Assembly (NCBI GenBank): GCA_963668355.1 | Contig: OY764265.1 | Location: 2,368,001-2,432,000, forward strand | DNA length: 64,000 nucleotides | Direction of reading: 5' to 3' | Source: Bdellovibrionota bacterium | GTDB lineage: Bacteria > Bdellovibrionota_G > JALEGL01 > DATDPG01 | Shown: piece by piece, positions 48,713 to 59,918 of the stretch | Position numbering within the stretch: the stretch's first letter is position 1 | Layout of the letters: every line of letters begins with the position of its first letter | Translations under genes and position numbers: made by a program | The notes under the pieces: generated by a model | The model's input: the letters and a program-made list of their open reading frames with translations, nothing else | Database searches by the model: none | What the model was told of the DNA's origin: nothing

Positions 48713-49975
48713 ATGTCCAAAATTGCCGTCATAGATCTTTCTTTCACGTGGCCCCCAGATGGAGGGGCACGAACAGATGTTCGAGAGGTGTGTGTTCGTC
48801 TTGCGGAAAAGCACGAGGTGAAGTTATTTGTCCCTGAAATATTGGGGTGGATGAAAATCGGAAAGCATTGGATTCAAAAGCCCTTGGATCGGACTCGTTT
48901 TTTTTGGAAGGGAAAAATCTCCAGTGACGTAGGCCTCGATTACGAAAAAATTCCTTTTGGACCCCTTTCTTTCAGTGCTTGGAAGGTCGGAAAGGCTTTT
49001 CGGGAAGCGGTGACTTCTTGGGGAGCGGATCGGGTGTTTGTGGCGGACGGCTGGTACTTGAAACCGTACGTGATCTCAGAACTGAAAGATTTCCGTCCGG
49101 TGGTGCGTTTCTATGCCCATGAAATGCTTTGTTTGAAGGGGAATGGGTTCTTTTTCAAATGGGGAAAGCCTTGTTTTCGGAATTACCTCAACCAAAAGAC
49201 CTCCACGTCTTTGCGATGTCTGGCATGTACCTCATCTTTCTATCTGAAGTACCCGAGTCCCACATGGATTCATGAGTTTTTGTCTTCGATGGCTTGGTGG
49301 CCGGGATACGTCCATAAAGTCATTCAGAGCCTTCGGGATTGTCAAACGGCGATTGTCTATAATGAATTTACAGCCAATCGAGTTCGTCCTTTTGCCGAAG
49401 ATGTTCGGATCGTCCCTTCCGGTGTCGATTTAAAAAACTTCCAACCTGAGGCCGAAGAAAATCCGCGTTCCAAAAAAATTATATTGGGCATGGGAAGAAT
49501 GGAAGAGCCTCGAAAGGGTGGAGACGTCCTGGTCAATGCGCTCAAACTTCTTCGTCACGAACGAAAGGATTTTGAATTATGGCTCACGGCAAAGAAAAAC
49601 TATGGAGAGACATGGATTAAACCCCTGGGGTGGACAAAATATGAGGATATGCCCAAACTATATTCCTCTGTGGATGTGGCCGTCGTGCCATCGATGTGGC
49701 CCGAACCTCATGGGATCGTGGCCGTCGAAGCTTTGGCGTGTGGCGTTCCGGTTTTAGGAAGTGAGATTGGTGGTTTGGCTGAAATTTGCCGAAATATTCC
49801 AGGGGCTCGATCTTTCCCTCCGGGAAATGTCGGGGCGCTAAAAGAAATGTTGAATCAATACTTGGACGATCCTCAACCGAAGATGGAGCTGAAAGAAAAA
49901 GGAATTGAAAAAGTGAGTACCTTGTATGAATGGGATCGAATTGTTTCAGAGGAAATTGAACCATGTTTTTCTTAA
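48713..49975 (+). CDS. Glycosyltransferase family 4 with Cys-rich insertion
   Basis: PSGVD, GRME.RKG, PSMWPEPHGIVAVEALACG. Confidence 0.88.
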   Translation: MSKIAVIDLSFTWPPDGGARTDVREVCVRLAEKHEVKLFVPEILGWMKIGKHWIQKPLDRTRFFWKGKISSDVGLDYEKIPFGPLSFSAWKVGKAFREAVTSWGADRVFVADGWYLKPYVISELKDFRPVVRFYAHEMLCLKGNGFFFKWGKPCFRNYLNQKTSTSLRCLACTSSFYLKYPSPTWIHEFLSSMAWWPGYVHKVIQSLRDCQTAIVYNEFTANRVRPFAEDVRIVPSGVDLKNFQPEAEENPRSKKIILGMGRMEEPRKGGDVLVNALKLLRHERKDFELWLTAKKNYGETWIKPLGWTKYEDMPKLYSSVDVAVVPSMWPEPHGIVAVEALACGVPVLGSEIGGLAEICRNIPGARSFPPGNVGALKEMLNQYLDDPQPKMELKEKGIEKVSTLYEWDRIVSEEIEPCFS

Positions 49976-51045
49976 ATCGGGTTTACACAGCTGAGAACTT
50001 TCGGATCTTGAAACAAGGGCTGAAAGTCCAGGGACCCTCTTTCTTATGGTCAGCGATTCGGACCAAATTAAATCAGTGGTTTGAGCCCGATCGACCCAAG
50101 CAAAAGCCGTTCATCATGCATATCGAAACGACGTCTCGGTGTAATCTGAGGTGTCCGAGTTGTGCGCATTCTGAGCTTGAGGGCAAGGGCTCAGATATGA
50201 ACTTGGAAAATTTCAAGAAACTGATTGATCAGCAGAAAGGGCTTGGAAAAGTCATTCTATACGGAATTGGAGAAACACTTCTTCATCCAGATATTTTCGA
50301 AATGGTTCGTTATGTAAAAAAACGAGGGATCTATACGGGGTTTTTTACGAACGGAACGCTTTTGACGGAACGCTTTCGAAGCGAAATCTTAAAAAACGGT
50401 CAAGACTATTTGAATATTTCGATCGATGGGGCCAGTAAAGTTTCGTTTGAAAAGCAAAGGGCGGGGGCCAACTTTGAAAAAGTGATTGCGAATGTGAAAG
50501 CGTTTATGGCTGAAGCGAAACAAGCTGGCAGCCCTATTGATGTGGCGGTATGGAATTGTCTCACGGATGACAATATTTCTGAGGTGCCAGATCTCGTCTC
50601 CTTGGTTCACGAGATGGGTGTCTCTAAGCTTGTTCTGCAGGACATCATGTTTTGGAATCGCGAGGGAATCGAACAGGAATTTTCGCAAAAAGTACTGGAT
50701 GCCAAACGCGTTCAACGCAATGACTATTTCAAAAAGGGAGCTGAAGAGGCTAAGCGTTTGGGGATCTCTCTTGACTTGCTCATGTCGGCTGGCGACGGAA
50801 AGCGACGTTGCCAAGTGCCTTGGTATTTTTCGTACATTACGGCCCAAGGGCTAGCCACTCCATGCAATTGGCATGGTTGGGATGGGGAAAAACTTAATTT
50901 TGGGAATGTGAATGAGCGTGGATTTGAAGAGGTTTGGAATGACAAATCCTACGTTCAGTTTCGCAAAGAGATGCGCCAGAAGGAAATTCCTGAGTTTTGT
51001 GAAAAGTGTCCGATGTATGATCGTGAAATGATCAAATTGGCTTAA
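49963..51045 (+). CDS. Radical SAM protein with Twitch/SPASM-type domain
   Basis: CNLRCPSC, GIGETLLH, TNGTL; CQVPW...PC...CEKC. Confidence 0.9.
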   Translation: MFFLNRVYTAENFRILKQGLKVQGPSFLWSAIRTKLNQWFEPDRPKQKPFIMHIETTSRCNLRCPSCAHSELEGKGSDMNLENFKKLIDQQKGLGKVILYGIGETLLHPDIFEMVRYVKKRGIYTGFFTNGTLLTERFRSEILKNGQDYLNISIDGASKVSFEKQRAGANFEKVIANVKAFMAEAKQAGSPIDVAVWNCLTDDNISEVPDLVSLVHEMGVSKLVLQDIMFWNREGIEQEFSQKVLDAKRVQRNDYFKKGAEEAKRLGISLDLLMSAGDGKRRCQVPWYFSYITAQGLATPCNWHGWDGEKLNFGNVNERGFEEVWNDKSYVQFRKEMRQKEIPEFCEKCPMYDREMIKLA

Positions 51046-51047
51046 AT

Positions 51048-52421
51048 CTATTCAGGATAGGTTAAGGGCCGACCGTAGGCGTCTCTCGGGATGTCTTTTT
51101 CCAGAGAAGGGACTTCAAAAGGTTTTCCCTCGATGGCTTGGAGAATGGCCTTCGCACAAGTCACCCCAGAGTCAAAGCACCCTTCCATCATCTTGTATTG
51201 GAACATTCCAATACGTCCTGCAATGAAGAGGTTTTGAATCGGCGTTTGATGGGAGAGGCTTCTTTGAAGCGTTTCTGTGGACTTCTTCAGGACGGGATAG
51301 GCATGGGGACTGCGTTTCAATTCAAATCCCAAAATGTCTTCCGTTTGGAGGCCATAAAGTGTTTTCAAATGGGACTGAATCATTCGGTAGATTTCTTCCG
51401 CAGAAAACGTCGCCAACGAACTTTCTGGACCGTGTGCGAATTCAACCGAAATCAAGGTTTGATTCTTAGGGGCCATCTCCGGGAGCGCATTTTTGAATTC
51501 AGCGATGCGATAAAAAGGATAGGACTTCTCCGGGAACCAGGTCCAAAGGTGTTCCAGCAGTTTTGGCTTATTAATCTTAATAAAAAGAACCGAAATGCCC
51601 CGGTAAGAGAGTTTTTTCCATGGGTCTAAAAGCGAGGTTCCTTGGGTCATCTTTGCGAATTCGGAAATGGGAGTTGTGTTCAGATAAAAATCAGCCTTCT
51701 CCTCATTTCCATTGATGAGGACATGATCAATCCGATTTTCTTCGGCAACGACACCGGTCAGTCGTGAATTTTTCCGAACGTCTACGCCTGGCGTGTTTTC
51801 GAGATGATCAAAGAGAGAGCGAATGGTGTTTTTGGGATAAACGATGAAACGTCCCCCTTGATAGTAGTCCTCCGTGACGCCACCTCTGAGCTTTTTGACC
51901 AAGGAGTAGAGGATATAGCTTAGATTGGTCGGGAGAAGGCGAAAAGCAAAGTCCATCGAAATTTCTTCGCCGGGAAGTCCCGCCCATTTTTCAATCAATG
52001 GCAAAAGAACAGTCTGGGAAAAATGGCGTCCATAATAGATTCTCAAGAAATCCTTGAGGTGACGGGGTTTTCTTTTTAAAAACCGTGTGGCCATCGCAGC
52101 GCCTACAGAGGCACAAAAAATCGGGTTTCGAGCGAAGCCAAAAGGAAATTTGTAATTGGTTTTTCGAATCCGAAGGTCTTCGAAATACTTTACGGGAAAG
52201 CATTGGTCATGAATGCCTACCTTTTCGGCCAAGGTGGAAAAAATGAACCGGGGACCATTGTCGAACGTAAAGCCGTCCTCTGTTTTCCAGGTGGAGGCCA
52301 ATCCTCCAACATGGTCGCGGCCTTCATGAATGGTGACATCGTGTCCTTCGGTGGACAATTTTCGAGCGGCTGAAAATCCCGTGATGCCGCCGCCAAAAAC
52401 TAAGATTTTCTTCTTCGCCAT
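51048..52421 (-). CDS. FAD-dependent oxidoreductase (protoporphyrinogen-oxidase/UDP-galactopyranose-mutase-like)
   Basis: GGGITG, E...VGGLA, DNGPR, HAYP, AGRIGMFQY. Confidence 0.82.
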   Translation of the reverse strand: MAKKKILVFGGGITGFSAARKLSTEGHDVTIHEGRDHVGGLASTWKTEDGFTFDNGPRFIFSTLAEKVGIHDQCFPVKYFEDLRIRKTNYKFPFGFARNPIFCASVGAAMATRFLKRKPRHLKDFLRIYYGRHFSQTVLLPLIEKWAGLPGEEISMDFAFRLLPTNLSYILYSLVKKLRGGVTEDYYQGGRFIVYPKNTIRSLFDHLENTPGVDVRKNSRLTGVVAEENRIDHVLINGNEEKADFYLNTTPISEFAKMTQGTSLLDPWKKLSYRGISVLFIKINKPKLLEHLWTWFPEKSYPFYRIAEFKNALPEMAPKNQTLISVEFAHGPESSLATFSAEEIYRMIQSHLKTLYGLQTEDILGFELKRSPHAYPVLKKSTETLQRSLSHQTPIQNLFIAGRIGMFQYKMMEGCFDSGVTCAKAILQAIEGKPFEVPSLEKDIPRDAYGRPLTYPE

Positions 52422-52428
52422 TTTTTTC

Positions 52429-53526
52429 TTAGGAGTTGCAGGGCAGAGACATGTTTGGATTTTTTCGAAGGAAGTGGAGGGGGTCATGTACCGTTTCTCC
52501 CTCAACGGCCTTCAGCTCTCCAAAGCCTTTCCATTCGGCATATTTTTTCCACAGTCCATCACATACATAGCGATAAGCGCATTTCTTACATTCGGAACCC
52601 TTGGATTTATTCTTGATTTGGAGAAAGTATTTAATCGAATCGTGTTTGAAGGCCTGCCACCCGTTTTTGAGAGAGCGTAATTTTTGTGGATAAAGAATCA
52701 TTCCGGCACATAAGGCTGCGGTGGACAGAAAATAACCTTCTCGAATTCCGGTTCGGATCAAATAATCCCACTCGTCAGGGTCATACTGGATCTGGGGCAT
52801 GTTCGTGACGTAGCTTTCATAGCCCTCCATCAAACACAATGGGATATACCGAACGGTGATTTTTCGAATTTTATCCTTATATTGATCGATGGCCTGCTTT
52901 AGATAGGGAGCTGCTTCACTGTGAGCGACGTTCAATTCGGGAGCCGATTTCCAATCCGCCTCGACGATGGGATTGAATAAAATAAAATTGGCCGTTTGGA
53001 TGCCCAAGGAATGATAAAGCTCCAACGTTTCCACAGGGTTTTTGAAATTGAGTCCCGAAATCACGCAATTGGCTCTGACCTTAACCCCTAACGGGATGAG
53101 GTTCTTGACAGCCAAGAGAGCCTTATCAAAACTTCCTGGAATTTCCGTGACGCGATCGTGGGAAGAGGCCTCATGTCCATGAATGGATATGAGAAAATCA
53201 TCCACTCCGGCTTCCACACAGGCTTTGGCATAATTCGGGTCCGCAAGGCGAAGGGCATTGGAAATCATGCTGATGCTCTCGAATCCCAGGTCTTTGGCAT
53301 ACGCGACCAATTCGAGAAGGTCTTTTCGAATCGTGGGTTCTCCCCCTGTAAATTCCAGGATTCGAATCCCTTTTCCGTGAATGTGTCGAATTTGTTTTTT
53401 GATTTCCTCAGTCGAGAGATCCTTCTCTTTCTCTCGATCTTTTACGGTTTGGATGTAATAGCAAAACTTGCAGCGCTCATTGCAAGAATAACCGACATTG
53501 ATATCTACGCGTGACGTTATGGGCAT
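52429..53526 (-). CDS. Radical SAM protein with C-terminal CxxCx5C motif
   Basis: CNERCKFC, FTGGEPT, YIPLC, CKKCAYRYVCDG. Confidence 0.88.
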   Translation of the reverse strand: MPITSRVDINVGYSCNERCKFCYYIQTVKDREKEKDLSTEEIKKQIRHIHGKGIRILEFTGGEPTIRKDLLELVAYAKDLGFESISMISNALRLADPNYAKACVEAGVDDFLISIHGHEASSHDRVTEIPGSFDKALLAVKNLIPLGVKVRANCVISGLNFKNPVETLELYHSLGIQTANFILFNPIVEADWKSAPELNVAHSEAAPYLKQAIDQYKDKIRKITVRYIPLCLMEGYESYVTNMPQIQYDPDEWDYLIRTGIREGYFLSTAALCAGMILYPQKLRSLKNGWQAFKHDSIKYFLQIKNKSKGSECKKCAYRYVCDGLWKKYAEWKGFGELKAVEGETVHDPLHFLRKNPNMSLPCNS

Positions 53527-53569
53527 GGACCACGTATTATCCACGAAACCGCTTCAATGTTAAATCCCC

Positions 53570-53598
53570 CTGACAAAAATCGAGATAGGCGCTAGGCT
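53570..53598 (+). promoter_or_regulatory. Putative sigma70 promoter for leaderless galE
   Basis: CTGACA-N17-TAGGCT, 7 nt before ATG 53606, no SD. Confidence 0.5.
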
Positions 53599-53605
53599 TG
53601 CCTCT

Positions 53606-54592
53606 ATGAAACCCTCTGTACTTGTTTCCGGCTCCTCCGGCTATATTGGTTCCCATTTTGCAAAATATTTTAAGAAGAAGAACTGGACCGTGTGTGGTGT
53701 GGATCGTGTTGCGAGTCCCGAGCGAGTCCAACCTTTTTTAGATGATTTTGTTAGGGCGGAAATCGCGGACCGTTCTTCCGTTTTAGACCTCTGCCGAAAA
53801 AATAATGTCGAAGCAGTGGTTCATTGTGCGGCGCTTTGTTTGGTGGGTGAATCCGTTCAAAAGCCCAAACTGTATTGGAAAAACAACGTTGAAGATGGAG
53901 CAGCGTTTGTGGACGCCTTGGAAGAAGCCGGTGTTCGCAACCTTTTGTTTTCCTCAACGGCGGCAACCTATGGTGAACCCCAAGAAGTTCCCATCCCGGA
54001 AACGCATCCTCAAAAACCGATTAACCCCTATGGTGAAACGAAGCGAGTTTTTGAAAAGGATCTTCTAAGCCGAGAAGAGAAAGGTCGAATGCGCATTGGA
54101 ATTTTTCGCTATTTCAATGCGGCGGGAGCCGATCCTGAGGGAGATTTGGGGGAGGTCCATGACCCCGAAACGCATTTGATCCCCAACGCGATATTGGCCT
54201 TATTGGGAAAGAATTCGAAAATGAGTTTATTTGGAAAGGACTTTCCAACCCGGGACGGAACCTGTGAAAGAGATTACATCCATGTTTGGGATTTGGCTCA
54301 AGCGCACTTCCTATTGATGAAACGAATGATCGAGGAAGGAAGAGGCGGAATTTATAATTTGGGTACAGGATCCGGGTACACGGTGAAAGAAGTCCTGGAT
54401 GAAATTGCTCAGCAGGCCGGACAAGAAGTGCCCCATGAAATCGTGGGTCGACGACCTGGAGATCCTGCCGTATTGGTTGCGGACTCGAGGAAAGCCAAAA
54501 AGGAATTGGGATGGACCCCGGAGAGATCGGACTTGTCCCAAATCGTCAAAGATGCGCTGTACTGGCATCGAAAAAGGGAAGGCTTGGCCTAG
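53606..54592 (+). CDS. galE: UDP-glucose 4-epimerase
   Basis: GSSGYIGSH, FSSTAATYG, PYGETK, RYFNAAGA, DGTCERDYIHV. Confidence 0.93.
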   Translation: MKPSVLVSGSSGYIGSHFAKYFKKKNWTVCGVDRVASPERVQPFLDDFVRAEIADRSSVLDLCRKNNVEAVVHCAALCLVGESVQKPKLYWKNNVEDGAAFVDALEEAGVRNLLFSSTAATYGEPQEVPIPETHPQKPINPYGETKRVFEKDLLSREEKGRMRIGIFRYFNAAGADPEGDLGEVHDPETHLIPNAILALLGKNSKMSLFGKDFPTRDGTCERDYIHVWDLAQAHFLLMKRMIEEGRGGIYNLGTGSGYTVKEVLDEIAQQAGQEVPHEIVGRRPGDPAVLVADSRKAKKELGWTPERSDLSQIVKDALYWHRKREGLA

Positions 54593-55656
54593 GAATCCGA
54601 GATCGCTTTTTGAATGGCTAAGAGCAAAGGTTCTCGAGCAGAAGACCCGCCAAACCGTTTTCGAAATGTCTCACGGTCGTATTCAGGGGGAGTTTGAAGC
54701 GTTTCCATCGTTCTAGAAACGAAGGATTCCGCATTCGCAGAAATCACGTAAGATTTGAATAGGTCTAAGGATGCGCCCACCAAACTCCCCACAACGGGGA
54801 TTCCCATGGCGATCGATTCAATGACTTTGAACGAAACGCGCGCACGATTGGCTTCATGGTCTCGCATGAATACATGGCTGACATCCAGACACCCTAAGGC
54901 CGAGGGAATTTCGGCTTGAGGCAAGAGGCCCGTGATTTTCACTCGATCTTCCAGACCATGGTGCTGAATTTGCTTTTTGATTTGAGGTTCCAGAGGGCCG
55001 CCACCAATCAGAAGAAAGAAAATCTTGGAATCATCCATTTTCCCCCAAGCGTCTAGAATGACATCCAAGTCCAACGTGCCTCCGTGGGTGAACGTACAGA
55101 GATGGCCCACGACATATTCAGCGTGTTGAAGGCCCCACCGTTCCTTTGCCTGGCCTTTTTCTTCGGGAGACAAAGCGTGAAAAAGCGTTTCGTTGAAGCC
55201 TTGAGGAATGACCGTATAGGCTCTGTGTTCACGCTTTAGTCTCTCTTGAATGATGGAGCTGTGCGTGGAAATGTGATGGCTCCAGGAAGGACCCATTTTT
55301 TCTGCCGTTCGTGCGATCCATTGTTTGAAGATATTGCTTTGGAGCCCCTCATCGAGATCATCCCAGTCGACAAGGACCTTTTTGCCTCGCAATCGGGCAA
55401 TGAGGATGGCGGAGAGGGTGATGGGGTTGAATTTTTGGGTGAACAACACGTCATAGGATTGGGTCCAGGCATCCCACTTCGCTTTCCATAGCTTGAGAAG
55501 AGGGGAAGCTTCAATTTCTGAAAGTGTGACGCTTAATCCCTCCTGTTTCATCAAGTCCATGAGGGAATGAAAACGATAGGTCGACCCGTAACGCCGGTCT
55601 AAGCTGTTGATCGCGAGAATAGATGTTTTCTGTAAGTGTCTAGAAATGCTTGTCAA
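54589..55656 (-). CDS. Glycosyltransferase family 4
   Basis: DWDD, IGGGP, TGLLP, FKVIESIAMGIPVV. Confidence 0.82.
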   Translation of the reverse strand: MTSISRHLQKTSILAINSLDRRYGSTYRFHSLMDLMKQEGLSVTLSEIEASPLLKLWKAKWDAWTQSYDVLFTQKFNPITLSAILIARLRGKKVLVDWDDLDEGLQSNIFKQWIARTAEKMGPSWSHHISTHSSIIQERLKREHRAYTVIPQGFNETLFHALSPEEKGQAKERWGLQHAEYVVGHLCTFTHGGTLDLDVILDAWGKMDDSKIFFLLIGGGPLEPQIKKQIQHHGLEDRVKITGLLPQAEIPSALGCLDVSHVFMRDHEANRARVSFKVIESIAMGIPVVGSLVGASLDLFKSYVISANAESFVSRTMETLQTPPEYDRETFRKRFGGSSAREPLLLAIQKAISDS

Positions 55657-55736
55657 AATAGCTCACTGTATAAGTTTCAGGTATTGTACCTGCTCATCAT
55701 TGGAAGGAAAACCCAACCCAAGAGAGGCTAAACTCT

Positions 55737-56731
<995 letters not shown>

Positions 56732-56735
<4 letters not shown>

Positions 56736-57658
56736 ATATCTTGGTCACAGGTGGTCACGGTTTTGTTGGCTCTCATCTATTGGATCAGCTCGAAACCCAA
56801 GACAACATACGTATTTTGGCTCCCTCCCGAATCGAGTTGAATCTATGCGATCGGGAAGCCGTTCAAAAATGTTTTCAAAAGCATGATATTGACCAAGTCA
56901 TTCATTTGGCGGCCTCCGTTGGGGGGATTGGAGCCAATCGAAGTCGCCCTGCGGACTTTTATTTTGAAAATGCCCTCATGGGGCTTCATTTATTGGAGGC
57001 GTCGGCCAAGGCAAACGTGAAGAGATTCATTCTTTTGGGAACCATATGTGGCTATCCAAAGTTTGCCCCCATTCCTTTTTTGGAAGAAAGCCTTTTTGAT
57101 GGCTATCCAGAAGAAACGAATGCTCCTTATGGGGTGGCGAAGAGGGGATTGTGGGTAGCGGCCCAAGCTTACCAAGCCCAATATGGCCTGCCGGTTGTGG
57201 GGGTTTTCCCCACCAATCTCTATGGTCCTCGGGATAATTTTGATTTGGAAACTTCTCACGTAATCCCCGCACTCATTCGGAAAATTGAGAAGGCCAAGAA
57301 AGAGCATTCTCCTCATGTTACCGTTTGGGGATCTGGAGAAGCCTCCCGCGATTTTTTGTATGTGACCGATGCCGTGGCAGGGATTCTTTTGGCTCTTGAG
57401 GCTTCAGGGATCGAAGGAGAAATGTTTAATTTTGGTTCTGGAGCGGAACATACAATCCGAGAACTTGTGGAAACCATTTGTTCCATTCTCGAATATGAAG
57501 GCAAAATCCAATGGGACACCTCCAAACCCGATGGCCAACCCAGACGTTGTGTAAGTGGAGAGAAGGCCGAAAAGAAATTGGGCTTTAAACCCAGCGTGTC
57601 GCTTCAGCAGGGATTGAGACAAACGATTCAGTGGTATCGTGAGCAAGGCAAAGATTAA
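56732..57658 (+). CDS. fcl: GDP-L-fucose synthase
   Basis: [43 protein letters not shown]. Confidence 0.93.
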
Positions 57659-58631
57659 ATTGGAAGACATCGCGGTCATTGTGGCCACGAAGAACGATGC
57701 GGCGACCCTGGAAGCCTGTGTTGACTCTTTGCTAGAGGCGGGCCGAGGCCGGTCGGAAATCATTATCGTGAATGATGCGTCTACGGATGAATCGGTGGAG
57801 ATTTTGGATCGCTATGGAGATCGAATTCGCGTCCTCCAGGGAACAGGCGAAGGCCCTGGAAAAGCTCGAAACCTGGGGCTTCAATCCACGAAAAAACGTT
57901 GGATCGCCTTTACGGATGCAGACTGTGAAGTCTCTTCGGAGTGGTTGGAGCGTTTGACGGAGGGGTTCTTGGACCAAGAAGACTCGTTTATTGGGATGGG
58001 CGGACCCCAGAAAATTTCCAAGAATGCCGGAGAAACCGAGGTCGAGATTGGCCGTTTTCTCGAAACGGTCGGGTTTGTTTCGGATTATATTCATGGAGAT
58101 CAAGAGGTGTGCGAAGTGTCTCACAACCCTACATGCAACGTTCTATATGCGCGTCATGCATTGGAAGCGGTCGGTGGTTTCGATGAAGACCTCTGGCCTT
58201 GCGAAGACTTGGATTTGGATTTGCGTTTGAGGGATCAAGGATTTCGACTTGCGTTCCATCCTCAGGCGGAGGTTGAACACCGCAGGCCCGAAAGTTGGAG
58301 GGGCTTTTGGTCGATGATGGGGCGCTATGGCTTTGCCCACGCACAATTGGTTAAGAAGAGAGGTTTGTGCCAACCTCTTCATCTTCTTCCCATTTTTTCC
58401 CCCCTTGGGCTTTTGTTCGTTGGGGGCCTCTTTTTCTACTTTCCCCTGATCTCCTCCATGGTTCTTGGGACCTGTGTGTTGTTTACGTTTCTGATTTTCT
58501 TGGGTTTGACCAAATCCGTTCGAAGAAGCTTTCGATATCCTTTGGTTTTGTTGAAGGTGTTGCTGGATTGGCAAATTGGTTTTGCTCGTGGTTTATTGGG
58601 AAAACGAAGGGTTGCACAAAAGAATGGCTAA
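57639..58631 (+). CDS. Glycosyltransferase family 2 with C-terminal TM segments
   Basis: VNDASTD, FTDADC, GGFDE, CEDLDL. Confidence 0.88.
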   Translation: MSKAKIKLEDIAVIVATKNDAATLEACVDSLLEAGRGRSEIIIVNDASTDESVEILDRYGDRIRVLQGTGEGPGKARNLGLQSTKKRWIAFTDADCEVSSEWLERLTEGFLDQEDSFIGMGGPQKISKNAGETEVEIGRFLETVGFVSDYIHGDQEVCEVSHNPTCNVLYARHALEAVGGFDEDLWPCEDLDLDLRLRDQGFRLAFHPQAEVEHRRPESWRGFWSMMGRYGFAHAQLVKKRGLCQPLHLLPIFSPLGLLFVGGLFFYFPLISSMVLGTCVLFTFLIFLGLTKSVRRSFRYPLVLLKVLLDWQIGFARGLLGKRRVAQKNG

Positions 58632-59853
58632 ATTATCAATTATTGTTCCTGCGTATAACGAAGAAGACTTCATTCATGAAGTGGTGACAGGATTACTTTC
58701 CATCCGACCGCAAATCATCGAGGAAACGACCTTGGACGATGTGGAAATCATCGTGGTGGATGATGGATCCAGAGATCAAACGGCCAAGTTATTGAAGGAC
58801 ATCCTCCAGAAAGAAACGGCCGATCACTTTCAAGTGGTTCAGCATGAGGAAAACCGGGGTTATGGAGCCGCTTTGAAAACGGGATTTAATGCGGCCAAGG
58901 GAGAGTTTCTCTCCTTTATGGATGCCGATGGAACCATCGATCCGAGAGCCTTTGCAAAGATGCACGAGACGTTGGAGAAAGAAAATGCCGACATGGTGGT
59001 CGGCACGCGGTTTGGAAACAAGGGTTCTCAAATGCCTTTGACCCGAAAAGTGGGAAATCGTTTTTTCGCGCTTCTTCTTTCTTTTCTGGCTGGACAGCGC
59101 GTGAAAGATACGGCCAGTGGCATGCGTCTGTTCAAGAGGGAAGCCCTTCGCATGTTATTGCCGCTTCCAGATGGTCTCCATTTTACACCCGCCATGAGTA
59201 CAAAGGCGTTGCATGAGCGGATAAAAATTGCCGAAGTTCCCATTCCCTATGCCGAACGGCAAGGAGCTTCCAAGTTGAGCGTGGTCTCCGATGGCTTGAG
59301 ATTCTTCCGAATCATTGTCGGAACTGTGCTGATGTACAATCCTTTCAAAGTTTTTCTTTTTTTCGGGTTGTTGTTCGAATTGGTTGCGGGACTGCTTTGG
59401 TCCATTCCTTTGTACGAACTTTTTTCGGCCAAGGATCTCCTTTTTTCGGACTATATCTACCGATCCATTGGGGGCGTTTATTTTTCCATCATTGGAGTTC
59501 AAATCATCTTGTTCGGTGTCTTGGCTCGATTCATCGTTTCGACGTTTTTCAGACAACATGAACCCGGGGTCTTGATTCACAAAGTAAATCGCATGTTTCG
59601 GGTTTACGACTGGATGGGAATTTATGGCATGGGGGTTTTGTCCATCGGAATTTTGATCAATGCTGCCTATTTTTGGAAATACTTGTTTGGAGGAGGCATC
59701 ATTTTTCACTGGGCCTGGCTCCTTCTGGCGGCAGGGATGATCATTGTTGGGGTTCAAATGCTGATCACTGGGATTGTCATGCGCATCTTGAAAGATATTA
59801 AGGCTTGCCTGGTTGAGAAAGACCCTCCCGAAGTCCTTTCGGACATTTCTTAA
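58624..59853 (+). CDS. GT2 polyprenol-phosphate glycosyltransferase (DPM1/ArnC-like) with C-terminal TM helices
   Basis: VPAYNEE, VDDGSRD, NRGYGAAL, MDADG, DTASG, YAERQGASKL; four C-terminal hydrophobic helices. Confidence 0.88.
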   Translation: MAKLSIIVPAYNEEDFIHEVVTGLLSIRPQIIEETTLDDVEIIVVDDGSRDQTAKLLKDILQKETADHFQVVQHEENRGYGAALKTGFNAAKGEFLSFMDADGTIDPRAFAKMHETLEKENADMVVGTRFGNKGSQMPLTRKVGNRFFALLLSFLAGQRVKDTASGMRLFKREALRMLLPLPDGLHFTPAMSTKALHERIKIAEVPIPYAERQGASKLSVVSDGLRFFRIIVGTVLMYNPFKVFLFFGLLFELVAGLLWSIPLYELFSAKDLLFSDYIYRSIGGVYFSIIGVQIILFGVLARFIVSTFFRQHEPGVLIHKVNRMFRVYDWMGIYGMGVLSIGILINAAYFWKYLFGGGIIFHWAWLLLAAGMIIVGVQMLITGIVMRILKDIKACLVEKDPPEVLSDIS

Positions 59854-59918
59854 AGAAATCTTTAAGAAAGTATTCTTGGGTGAGGCCCTGGTCTTGTTGT
59901 GCGAATCCAAAGCCCTGG

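Noticed and set aside
42691..53526. RiPP cluster interpretation of the SPASM-like rSAM genes
   Set aside because: No precursor peptide, RRE/PqqD domain, peptidase or His-Xaa-Ser repeat protein is nearby; the neighbours are sugar enzymes.
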